DNA from: Felis catus
Taxonomy: Eukaryota
Direction: 5' to 3'
Assembly: GCF_018350175.1 (NCBI RefSeq)
Contig: NC_058368.1
Span: 14,448,001 to 14,512,000, forward strand
Length of the DNA stretch: 64,000 bases
Below, in pieces: positions 1 through 11,455 of the stretch. The position numbers were made by a program, and so were the translations under genes. The first letter of the stretch is position 1. Each line of letters opens with the position of its first letter. A model generated the notes under the pieces. The model was not told the DNA's origin, did no database searches, and was given only the letters and a program-made list of their open reading frames with translations.

Positions 1-9
1 TTTGCCCTT

Positions 10-125
10 AATTCTTAAAACAACCACATTCCTAAAACATTGGGATTATCATCCCATTGTACAGCTAGGAAAATTTTGATTTAGATAAGTTACTTATCTT
101 GCCCAAGTTCATAGCTCACACCCTT
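10..125 (-). mobile_element. MIR fragment
   Basis: attatcatcccattgtacagctaggaaa...cttgcccaagttcatagct resembles the antisense MIR core. Confidence 0.6.
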
Positions 126-461
126 CATTTCTATCCTGTGACATCTGTCAAGGTTTCCCACATTGCTCATAAGAACAATACCATCACCCCTGCATAATGA
201 TTGAAAAATACCAGCAAAAACTTGCCCATATTCTGGTTTCCATACTGATTACCATTGTTTGGTCAATGCATTTTTCTATTCAGATCGCACAATTAACTTT
301 GGATTTAATTAGATTATTTACTTACCAAAGATACATCTGGTTGTATCCATAAGGTTTGTGATTTTAAATGGTTGCCATGTATTGTGGTACTTAGTAGCTT
401 TTATCTCAGAGGGCAGTTTGTCTTCATCTTATCCCCTGATTCTAAAAGCATCGTAATGTAT

Positions 462-679
462 GGGGCACCTGGGTGGTTCAGTCGGTTAAGCGTCCGACTT
501 TGACTCAGGTCATGATCTCACAGTATGTGAATTTGAGCCCCACGTCAGGCTCTGTGCTGGCAGCTCAGAGCCTGGAGCCTGCTTTGGATTCTGTGCGTCC
601 CTCTCTCTGTCCCTCCCCTACTCATGCTCTGTCTCTCTCTGTCTCAAAAATAAATAAAACATTAAAAAATATATATTTT
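462..679 (+). mobile_element. CanSINE (SINEC_Fc-type)
   Basis: ggggcacctgggtggttcagtcggttaag head, (CT)n, aataaa tail; imperfect TSD aaaagcatcgta at 444 and 680. Confidence 0.95.
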
Positions 680-1942
680 AAAAGCATCGTACTATAGCCC
701 AAATACATACCAGCCATCCTCATTTAATATCTAAATTTGTTGTAGATGTTTTGAACAGACCTATTGATTTACTGTTTCCCATTCTTCTTCTTCATATGAT
801 TGAATTATTTAATTTTTTGGCATCACATATCTTTTTAGCCATTTTTTCTTAGAGGGTGGCCAATAATTCAAGTCATTTAGTATGGACTTACTGAGACCCC
901 ACTATATACTAAGTATTGCTAAAAGCAAATCATATAATAGTAAGTAAAACTTACTGCTCTCAATGAGTTTATGGTGGAAAAGGTGAAGCAGTAAACAGGA
1001 AAAGCTGGTCATTTTCCTAGACCTGCTGATAAGTGGCTTTTCACAATTCCTTTCCCATGCCCACATTTTTCTATTACTTTCTCTAAGAATGACATGATAA
1101 CTTTCTCCCATGATTCCCATTATTGGTACTTAGCAGGATTTGTGTGATTTTTGGTTTGGGGATATTTTTGATGGTCAGAATTATTTCCAGATCAGCAATT
1201 TTCTTCTTAAATTGTTTGGGTTCAAAATGTCAACAAAGGCATTCAACATTTTATGATATATATTGTAAAATTTTAGCAGACTTCTCTGAGCGTGCTGCAG
1301 GTAAGAATTTTAGATTAGCAAGAATGTGATTACAATAGTAATACTGTGCAAATTGGACCAAACATGTGATTATAATAGCACAATGCAAATCGGACTAAGC
1401 AAAGTTTATTAATTCTTTGATGATTCAGAGCCTGTGTTAGCCTGTTGCCATGACAAAGTCAGGATCAGGGATAAAGTTTACTACATAAAATAGTTGTGTG
1501 AGTAGAAGTAAAGCTGGAGAAATTTTAAATATTGATATCAGTATGGATCAAAATCTGGAAGCACTGTAAAAATCATATTATAAGTTAATTGAAAAATGTA
1601 CCGAATTACAGAATTGATGTATGAAATACATATACCATTTACCATTGCAATGAAGTGAATCATTAGACTCATATGGTTCATTTGGAGTGAGTCAAATATA
1701 CATTACTAGCAAAGTTTTTTAAAAAGTTAATATTTTAAACATTGAGTTACACCTAATTATTCTTAGAATTCATAATTCGGATTTGAGTTTGAGATAACAA
1801 GTTCCTTTCCATCCTTCCCCCGCTCCTTTTCCTCAACTAATATGTATTTTAGCTCCTACTATGTACAAGACAGCGCCTATTAAGATTCCGTGCACATAGA
1901 AATATTTGACAATAATCCATGAAACAAAAATAGTCTTAAGTC

Positions 1943-2514
1943 CACAGTTCCCAAACTGAGCATCAGGGAACCTGGGATGTCACAGTGAACTCACAGGCTT
2001 CTGCAGGGCATTTCATGCTTTTTAAGGAAGAACAGCACCACCTGTCAGATACCGCACAAACTCTTAGCTCAAGCTAGTTCTACATTTCAACATTAGATAG
2101 CACTTTGTTCTTTTTCATGACATCTTAGCTTTGTAGAACCAGTTTTTGGGAGTTGCTATGATAAAAATTTAAAAAAAGGAGCTGCATGAAACTCAGTATG
2201 GAACAGGAGGTGTAAGGAGTGGTGTCAGATATAACAACAAGGCTTAAGAAGCTGTGCAAAGCCCACGGTGCACACATCCCTTTACTAAGTAATTGTAGTT
2301 ATTTAAGAATGAAGTAAAAATACTATTTTTATTTCAATTTATGAGTATTATATTTTCCAACAGCTACTTAGTTGTTAAGACTTATGTATTTATTATTTGG
2401 ATCTAACCACCTAATAAACATGACTGTTAGGTATTTCTCTTGGCCCAGGGACAACATGAAAAAGTCCTTGACATACCAAGGGTAGCATGAATTGAAAACA
2501 TTTAGGAACCTTTG
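1943..2514. mobile_element. hAT-Charlie non-autonomous DNA transposon, MER119-like
   Basis: Ends cagttcccaaact ... tttaggaacctttg. Internal segments such as cacacatccctttactaagtaattgtagttatttaagaatgaa match my recollection of the MER119 consensus. Confidence 0.7.
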
Positions 2515-3028
2515 TCTTAGGTTAGTGATCATTTTAGAAACTCAGTGGCTTTAGCAGACTTTTACAAATACAGGTCACTTTCATTCCTTTTTACATAAAC
2601 ACAATGAACCTCAGAAAGTTCATAATTTACACAGATTGTCCCGATTTTACTCCCTTGAGCTATTCCTGTGTCCCTTCTTCTGAATTCATATGTTTTCAAA
2701 GTTCCCGGATTGTTTTTTTACATCGTTAGAGGGATACGTACAGCGTAGGTAGAGGCTGTACTCCCACGCACACTCTTTGTGGAGGCCTGCCACAATAACA
2801 CAACTGTATCCATATATAAAGTTCAGTGGCAGCCATTATTATATGAGGTTTAAATCAAATGCTTACAAGCTGGCACCTGACTACCTGCCTACGTAGCTTA
2901 TTAGCATGGAGTAGATTTGCTATATTGTTCACAAGCTACTTTTACTTGAGTGTAGTTTCACCTTTTTTGGTCTTGTTGACTTGTAAAATACCCATTGGCA
3001 GCCATATTATACAAAAAGGTGTTTTCAT

Positions 3029-3425
3029 TAGATAAAGAAGATGTGGTATATATACAATGGAGTATTACTCAGCAGTCAAAAAGAATGAAATCTTGCCATT
3101 TGCAACTATGTGGATGGAACTGGAGGATACTATGCTAAGCGAAATTAGTCAGAGAAAGACAAATATATGACTTCACTCATATGAGGACTTAAAGAGACAA
3201 AACAGATGAACATAGGGGAAGGGAAGCAAAAATAATATAAAAACAGGGAGGGGAACAAAAACATAAGAGCCTCTTAAATATGGAGACCAAACAGAGGGTT
3301 CCTGGAACGGGTGTGTGGTGGGGGGTGGGCTAAATGGGTAAGGGGCATTAAGGAATCTACTCCTGAAATCATTGTTGCAGTATATGCTAATTAACTTGGA
3401 TGTAAATTAAAAAATAAAAAATTTT
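3029..3425 (+). mobile_element. 5'-truncated carnivore L1 (ORF2 tail + 3'UTR)
   Basis: gataaagaagatgtggtatatatacaatggagtattactcagc L1 sequence with A-rich tail; exact 16-bp TSD aaaaaggtgttttcat at 3013-3028 and 3426-3441. Confidence 0.93.
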
Positions 3426-3658
3426 AAAAAGGTGTTTTCATGTTGGCTTATTCCGAATAACTAAATGTATCTTTTCTATGGTAGAATTTTGAAAGATTGC
3501 TAATATCTGCAATTAAAATGTATTTTTTAATCTACCTAAGGATAAACCATTAATTATTTTAAGTGGATTGACACCAAACCAATGTATTAGTTAATACTGA
3601 TTTTTAAAAGGCATGAGTTAAAAGAGACTGTGTTTGTTATGGTTTGCTTAATTTCTAG

Positions 3659-3774
3659 GAGGATATCGCTGGCCACCCCTCGCCAGCTTTACAAATCTTC
3701 CAACATGACTCAGCGTTGGCAAAGAAGGGAAATTTCCAACTTCGAATACTTGATGTTTCTTAATACTATAGCAG
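3659..3774 (+). CDS. NBEA: NBEA coding exon (116 nt, phase 2->1): (R)[38 protein letters not shown](G), start of BEACH domain
   Basis: Acceptor atttctag ends at 3658; donor gtaaga starts at 3775. Translation contains the BEACH start motif [16 protein letters not shown]. Missed by the ORF track. Confidence 0.97.
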
Positions 3775-4913
3775 GTAAGACATCTCATTCTTTAATTTCA
3801 TAATACATTTGTGTTCATCAAAAGCATTGGTAATATGACTTGATGGAATGCATTTTTTTTCCTGGAATTCAAATACAGCATTAGAATAAATGTGGGAGCA
3901 CTCACGTTAGATGTTATCAGAAATGGTACAAGCTGGCACTGAGGTTTTAGATGCATTTGTTGTTGAAGAGCCTTTTCCTTGCTCCCCTTTGCCATTTCCT
4001 TTGCTGACAGCTTTGTCTGAAGGTTTATTAGAGTCAACAAACCATTGCCAGAAAGTGTCTGGAAATAATAATGGGAAAATGTAATTTCCCTACTTTGTCA
4101 TTCTCGGCAATAGCAGCTAGACAGGAGAATAACAACAGGATTCTGCCTAGTACAGATGTCACCTGGATTATGGCATGATTGGGTTACAGGATCTTTTCTT
4201 CTTAAAATCTTCGAATAAAAATATAAAATCAGATTGCATTTCTAAATGATGAGTAACTGCCATCAACCTCAGCAGTACTGTGCCTGCAAATTAAAAGAAG
4301 GTAGTGGCTTTGTTTTCCTGTTAAATCATTGGCTGTCTGTGGTTAAACATATTTATGAGATTTAAGTGCCTCTTTCTTTTTTCCTAAATTAAGTTCCAAA
4401 AGCCCTTATTCATGTTGAATTACAAAAAGTTTACCTCTATAAATCAGGCTCTGCAAAAACTTCTTGGAATAACATGAATTGAAGTAACTATATAAACACA
4501 TATGCTCCCCTTTGGTTCTTGTTCTATTATGAATGAAGGCTCAGGACCATGAATTTAGAGACATGTTCTCTGAATAATTGCTTAAAAAGGATAACTGTGT
4601 AATATCTCTTCTTAAATCAATCACATATGTGTGAATATGGATGCTATAGAGGTACACATAGTAAATATGGGTGATGCAGATATATATTAGATAGGCAAGA
4701 GAACACAATTTGTGAACAAAAGGGATAAAAAAGTTGTTGAAAATGTTTTTACATTTTAATCATTTAATACATATTGTAATGTAATGCCTTTGTGAATAGG
4801 ATACTAGAGATACAACCAAAGGTCTATTAGGTAAATTAAATTTTATTGTATATTGTGTACACACATCTCCATCCTCTACGTGTACCTTCATGATATATTC
4901 ATGATGTCTTTTG

Positions 4914-4982
4914 TATATATAATATATATGTGTATATACATGTATATATGTGTATATATACATGTATATACACATATATATG
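4914..4982. repeat. (TA/TG/CA)n microsatellite forming an inverted repeat
   Basis: Alternating purine-pyrimidine tract read directly. Confidence 0.9.
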
Positions 4983-7499
4983 TCAGTAAGCATGATGTTT
5001 ATATCTTAAAGAAACCTATTTGCTCCCTTAAAGATATAAGAAACAGGTTATACTGTTTAATTGGCACATATTGTGTCCATGTACAGATAGAGTGAACTTA
5101 AATATCTGAAATATAAAAACCTTCACTAGCATAGGCAGGTAACCGCATGATGTAGCAAAAAGAAGCTTCAGTGCCAAAGAGAAGGATAGAATCTGAGGTG
5201 TGCCAACTTTGTCCTAGAGCATAGATGGAGTTTCAGGTTGTAACCCTGTCCTGGACTTTGCTCTTTCAGTAACCATATTTAATCTGTTTACATCTGTTGT
5301 ATCAAGTGATACGTTTGGTCGTATATTGTCTCATTTTATACTATTAAAAAAAAATTTTGTATTCTTTTGTTTTTCTTTGGCCTTATAAAATTTCTCCCAC
5401 TTTGTTAGTGACTGTAGCAATCCTGTTATTAATTCTCCTAGAGATATGTTTACATTTTTAAAAACCCTCTAAAGTATATTTTCCTTATTTTTGAAGTCAA
5501 ATATGAATCAGCAGTTCTAATCACTCCTATATAAGAACTTAAAGTCAATTTACTTCTTGTTCACTGCTTATTTTTGTCAATATGATTTACTACCCAGAAT
5601 CTATGTTCTTACAGAACTCATATTTTTTGGAGTCCCTATATTTTGCATATTTTGAAGGATTTCAAACTCTACTAAAATTTTCTCCTTGTTAATGCAGTAC
5701 ATCATTTTCAGCTACATGGATCTTTACCTGATTTTTAGGATAATGTTTGGTCTCTTTACATTTTTCTGCAGTGTTTTTCCATATTCCCTGTGTTAGGCTT
5801 CTCTGTTATCTATGCTTGAGAGATCTATCAGGGCTAATTGTCTACCATATGTCATGGATGGGCATAAGATTTTTTTCCTTGGCTGTGTTAACTATTTGGA
5901 GCTGTTGTATATAAAACTGGAAGACAGGGTGATATACCTCACTCACAGTTCAGTTTCCAGTCGAGCTGGCATTTATATTAAACTGTTCTGCCATTCTAAG
6001 GTGGGTTTCTTGCTGTCTTTCTGGATGGAATGTGGTCTAGTTCATTGTTCTAAAGGACTCTTCTAGTCTCCATCCCTTCCCACTACTGATGTCACTGATT
6101 TCACTGATGTCAGATACACTTCCCACAATATGGTACAGTACCGCCTATAACCACCGCCTACCCCATGCCTGTTGCTGTCTGGGAGTTTCTTTCTCTGTCA
6201 AGCTCCGGAAAGATTGCAGTCTGGATAAGATAACATTGTGTTCCCATCTGTAAGCTATACCTGAGCAATACAGACACTGTTTTTTTTTCCTGGTTGGGAC
6301 AGTCTTTGGGTTTCTGAGCCAGAGCATGCAGATCCTAAGGGATGTCTCAGTGTCATTCTACTCTCTTTTGAATCACTGGGGTCTGTTTCATTTGATGACA
6401 TAAAGAATGTATAGGCCACTGGCTTTTTAAAAAAGAATTTATTGGGCCTTTCCTTTATAATGATCATATCTAAACATTGAAGCCCGTCTGTTGTAGACGG
6501 CGGGATAAAATGAAGTATAAAATTGGGACTAGGAGCTCAGAGCACTTACAACTGGATGGGTAAATGAACTATACATAAATAAGAGAGCATTTTAAGACAG
6601 CTGATGTTAAGTGCTGAATAAGTGCTGTAAATAATGAATGCTCTGAGAGCTAAGCAGAGTGGAGGAATTTTAAAGATGTGTTTGTCTGGGGAGGAAAAAA
6701 AGAGCAGAGCTTTACAAATATTTCTGCCGGTTGGACATGTGATGTGTTCAGTGGACACGGGTATCGTATCTTGGCTCAGAGCAGAGAATATTGGAGCTAT
6801 CGGTAAGAGCCAGATTGTAAAGAGCCTGATCTTAGACTCTTAAGAGGTCAGTATGGTTTTGGAGTAGAAGGGGACACAATATAGAGTTTTAGGAAAATGA
6901 AACTGATGACGATGTATGGCCTGAATCGGAAATGAGATAGCCTACAGTTAGGGAGAGCTGTTGATAGGAGTGGATTACAGGTCTCTAGATACGAAGCCAA
7001 TGTGTTCAGTTTTTTAGTAAATAGTCGCTGAACACACACTCTGGTTCTGACACTGCAGAGGAAACTAGAGTGTGGTTTCTGCCTTTGAAAAGATGATGGC
7101 GTAGTTGGCGAAACATAGGCACACCAGCAATTCCACGAAAAAGTGATAATTATTAGAACAGGAGAACATACAAAGCCATTTGGGGTCACAGAACTAGAAG
7201 GCATTATTTGTAACTAAGAGATCAGGGAACGCTTTTCATAGGTAACACTTAAATTGAAAAGTATAATATAAGAAGTCACTGGAAAGTAAACAGAGGGCAT
7301 TCCAAGAGAAAAGAAGATGTGGAGTGAAGAGTTGTATTAGGAGAGTTAAGGAGGCAGTAGGCATGGCAAAGAGTGGGGGGGGGGGGGGGGTGGGGGGAGA
7401 AGTGCATGACTCCATGTAGAGTGTCATTGTACAAAAAGGAGAAGTCACTGTAATGTGCTCTAGTTTGGTGGTTGGCAGTGTCACTTGGAGACTTGTGAG

Positions 7500-7627
7500 A
7501 GGTGACTATTCTCAGAAGACTCCTCCGACTTACTGAATTTGAGGCCCGGGGAGTGGGCCCAGCAATCTGCATTTCAGCAAGCTTTCTAGATGGTTCTGAT
7601 ACATATATAGTTTGAGCACCATTGCTC
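7500..7627. mobile_element. MER5-type hAT MITE fragment
   Basis: gggcccagcaatctgcatttcagcaagctttctagatggttctgat...tttgagcaccattg. Confidence 0.65.
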
Positions 7628-8574
7628 TAGCCATTTAAGATCTAATTAACAGAACAATATTTGCATATAAAAACATTTAGAATATATAAGAAATCATGCA
7701 GTTACATGCCATTAACAGTCATTAAGAGTTTACAAAAGTGGCAGATGAGGATGAGATAGTCTGTTCAAAGGAAGCCTCATAGAAAAGGTGGACTTTGAAT
7801 TAGCTCTTAAAGGATTTTGTCTAGATAGATGATTATCCAGGCAACATGAATCTTTATACAGAAGTGGAATTGGAATGACAATTGAAAAAAAAAAAAAAAA
7901 GCTATGAATGTAAATATCCTGAGGTACTTTCCTTGGATACAGTCCTGCTAATTCTTCCCTGGCCATCATCCTCAAGTTTTAAGTAGGAGTGCCATTTTGT
8001 ACAGAGCACTGGCATTCAAGATTTGGGTGATGGTTTTATAGAGATGCTTCACTAAAGCCAAATTGAGTATTTGTTAGGGAAGTAATTAGAATTGCCAATG
8101 TTTCTGATTTGTGGAGGAAAATGTATCCATTCATTTCTTCTTATTGAAACATTTTTCAGAGTTCTCTATGGATCCTAGAATAAAGGCAGCTGTAAAGATG
8201 TTACATTGAGTCAGTATCACTTTACTAACATGGGTTCCACTAAATAATTATGTTGTTATGTCACATGGTTTTGAGAATGCAGTTGTTGTTCAATAAATAC
8301 TTATTTAAGGCCATTGATTGAAACTTAAGATTTATCATTTCTTGAAAGGATGTTAGTGTTCTTACTGACAAATTGTATTTCATTTCCTGGGTAATCCAAA
8401 GCCAGTACATGGTTGGCTGATAGTATTACAAATGCCTTTTTTTAGAACATCTCCTTAATTATTCTTAATATCAAGCTTCAGAAAAAATAAATATTTTTAT
8501 TATTTCTTTGTTTAGTGTTATGGTTTCTTTTGGAAATAGTTCTTTAATATTATAATTAACATAAAGAAACCATA

Positions 8575-8815
8575 AACAATAGTTAGCATTTATTGAGCAA
8601 TTTAGAATGTTCCAAATATTTTTATAGGTACTTTATGTGTATTTACTCATTTAAATGCAACAGTAACCCTAAGAGTTAGGTTCTGTTCTTATTCCCATTT
8701 CACAAGTGAGAAAATAAAGTACAGAGAAGGTAGATAACTTGCCCAAGTCACAGAGCTAACAAGTGATAAAGTCAGAATTCTGATGTAAGTAGTTCGGCTC
8801 CACAGCTCCCTTAAC
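8575..8815 (-). mobile_element. MIR, near full length
   Basis: agcatttattgag...attcccatttcacaagtgagaaaa...aacttgcccaagtcacagagct. Confidence 0.8.
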
Positions 8816-9059
8816 AAGTTTGCTTCCAGATATTCATGGCACCATTCAATTTCCTCTCAAGTCATCAGCTTTATTCTATTGAATGCTTAAAAACCTAAAC
8901 AATTAAAGACTTGCAATAATTTTATCATTTTCTTTTATATTTCATCAAAATAAGCTTTGAAAGTTTATTTGTGGCCATGAGTTTTGCAGATACTGATATT
9001 CTAGCACTAGAACCGGGCGTGGAATTACCACTTCTGATGTAGAACCTGGTATTATTTTC

Positions 9060-9440
9060 AGCTAAGTCTCAGATCCAGAGAAACACTTTTTGAGACAGAG
9101 ACTTGCTTGCAGGAAGTTTGTTGGAAAGCACCTTTGTGATCACGTCTGTAGGAGAGTGAAGAAAGTAGAACTCAGCAGAAAGAGAAATTGAAGCCCAAGG
9201 CGGTGCGGAAAAGGCAAGGGAGACAGGAGCTAGAAGTTCAGAGTTGTCTTGCCTTGAAGCAAGGTGGCCAGGCCTTCATTACCTCCTCCACACTGCTATC
9301 ACTGGATGCAGATTCCTGGAAAGGAGACAGGATCTTGTGTGAGAGGGCTTTCTTCTGATGCTGGTGACTCCTGGAGAGGGACTTGGCCGAGCACCACCAG
9401 CCACACGGTCAACACCAGCAACATGGCCACCAAGCCAGCA
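9060..9440. mobile_element. Old LTR fragment (MLT1/MaLR-like)
   Basis: tgagacagagacttgcttgcaggaagtttgttggaaag resembles an MLT1-type LTR; degraded. Confidence 0.45.
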
Positions 9441-9453
9441 TCCTCCAGGATAC

Positions 9454-9625
9454 CAGTGGTTCTCAGAATCACCTGGAGGGCTTACTAAAACAAGGATCAT
9501 TGGACCCCATCCCCAGAGCTTCTGACTCAGTAGCTTGAGGGTGGGGCTCAAGAATTTGCATTCCTAACAAGTTTCCAGGTGATGCTGATACCACTGGTCT
9601 AGGGCCCACACTTTGAGAACCATTG
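9454..9625. mobile_element. MER5A hAT-Charlie MITE
   Basis: TIRs cagtggttctca / tgagaaccattg; internal agaatcacctggagggct and agaatttgcattcctaacaagtttccaggtgatgctgat. Confidence 0.88.
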
Positions 9626-9665
9626 CACCACCTCTATATTCCTTAAAAGATATACCCCTTAAAGA

Positions 9666-9856
9666 GGGGCTACTGGGTAACTCAGTCAGTTAGGCATCTG
9701 ACTTTTGACCTCTGCTCGGGTCATGATCTCCTGGTTCGTGAGTTCGAGGCCCTCATCAGGCTCCATGCTGACAACGTGGAGCGTGCTTGGGATTCTCTTT
9801 CTCTGCTCTCCTCCACTCTGTCTCTCTCAAAGTAAATAAACTTAAAAAAAATAAAT
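9666..9856 (+). mobile_element. CanSINE (older subfamily)
   Basis: SINE head and tail; TSD-like aaaagatatacc..aaaga on both sides. Confidence 0.9.
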
Positions 9857-10176
9857 AAAAGATATACCTAAAGATAATTGTATTAATCCTCCATAGCACT
9901 CATATCTTCTATAGCACTGTCTATATCATATATTTTGGCATTTATGCTAATTTGTCCTTAGCATTTTATGTGTATATTTCATCTCTCTAATGAGATTATG
10001 AGATTGCTACAGAAAAAAAGCAAGTTTTGCTAAGTAAATACCCTTTAAATTGAACTGATTTATACTTAGGCTTTGCAAGTGTTTTGCTCGATTGTGTGAT
10101 CTGTTATATGAATTTACGAGAATTGCTAGATGAGAGATTCTTTAAATTTCCTGGATTAAAGAGAAGATTTACAAAA

Positions 10177-10372
10177 TGCCTGGGTGGCTCAGTGGGTAAC
10201 ACTTGATCTGATTCTTGATCTCGGCTCAGGTTGTGATCTCACAGGTTTGTGAGTTCGAACCCTGCATCAGGTTTTATGCTGACAGTGTAGAGCCTGCTTG
10301 GGATTCTCTCTCTCCCTCTCTCTCTGCCTCTCTCTCTCAAAATAAATACATAAACTTAAAAGAATGAAAAAT
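10177..10372 (+). mobile_element. CanSINE
   Basis: tgcctgggtggctcagt head, gagttcgaaccc B box, (CT)n and A-rich tail. Confidence 0.9.
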
Positions 10373-10663
10373 AAAGTAGAAAAGTTACAGGATGGGAATC
10401 TGGAAAAAAGAAACAATCTTTCTTGGCTTCACATTTTTAAAAATACAGGCTAATGTGACTTAGTAAATTTACATTTTCTGTAAAAAAGCATTTTGGTTCC
10501 TGTCTTACACTCTCAGACTCAACCTTTTTTCTCCAAAATATTGTTTTAGCATGACATATATAATACATTTATGCCCCATTTCTTGTTCTTCATATTTTGA
10601 GGTCTGTCATACTTGGCAATTTTGCTTTTCTCCTTTCAAGATGCTTTTAAAAATAAGATTCTG

Positions 10664-10889
10664 GGGGCGCCTGGGTGGCGCAGTCGGGTAAGCGTCCGAC
10701 TTCAGCCAGGTCACGATCTCGCGGTCCGTGAGTTCGAGCCCCGCGTCAGGCTCTGGGCTGATGGCTCGGAGCCTGGAGCCTGTTTCCAATTCTGTGTCTC
10801 CCTCTCTCTCTGCCCCTCCCCCATTCATGCTCTGTCTCTCTCTGTCCCAGAAACAAACAAAAACGTTGAAAAAAAAATTAAAAAAAAAT
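10664..10889 (+). mobile_element. Young felid SINEC_Fc
   Basis: CpG-intact ggggcgcctgggtggcgcagtcgg...; TSD aataagattctg at 10652-10663 and 10890-10901. Confidence 0.97.
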
Positions 10890-11420
10890 AATAAGATTCT
10901 GTATAAAGCATACGGCAACAGTGTCTTAGTATTAATGCATTATTAGATTTTTTTAGACCCTCATGTGATACATGTATATATACATAATTGCATATAAATA
11001 AGCACACATTTTATTATATTATATATAGTGAGTTTTGTAAAGATACTTTACATGAAAAGTTTATCAAATATTCTGAAAACGTACTATTTTTAAAAGACAC
11101 CTAAAAACTCACAGATGTTTTCATGGCCTTTATTTTGTTCTCCTTATAAATTTAATAAATATTCATTATAGAAAATTGGAAATATAAATTAACTCACTCA
11201 TAAGCCTAGCCGTATATATCACATTAACAATTTTGGTGGCTTTTTTCTTTTTTCTTTTTCCATGTGTGCCTGTCTCATTGGGAACCTGCTACAAATGCAG
11301 GTTCGGATTCTATTTTTTTGATTTCATTAAATGTTCTTGGGAAGACATGATTTTTAAAACTGCATGAAAGTCCAGCTCAGGACTCTGGTATAATTTATGT
11401 AACTATTTCTGAAACACATG

Positions 11421-11455
11421 GTTTTGTTTTGTTTTGTTTTGTTTTGTTTTGTTTT
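11421..11455. repeat. (TTTTG)n microsatellite
   Basis: Read directly. Confidence 0.9.

Noticed and set aside
473..697. Family of similar short ORFs (MAQSVKRPT..AQVMIS..., also at 10.6, 19.6, 21.7, 24.2, 39.2, 45.8, 51.7 and 60.8 kb) as a novel peptide family
   Set aside because: All are translations of CanSINE copies; the similarity comes from the repeat, not from coding constraint.
10664..10745. tRNA genes (A-box/B-box-like sequences)
   Set aside because: These are tRNA-derived SINE heads followed by SINE body, (CT)n and A tail, not cloverleaf tRNA genes.
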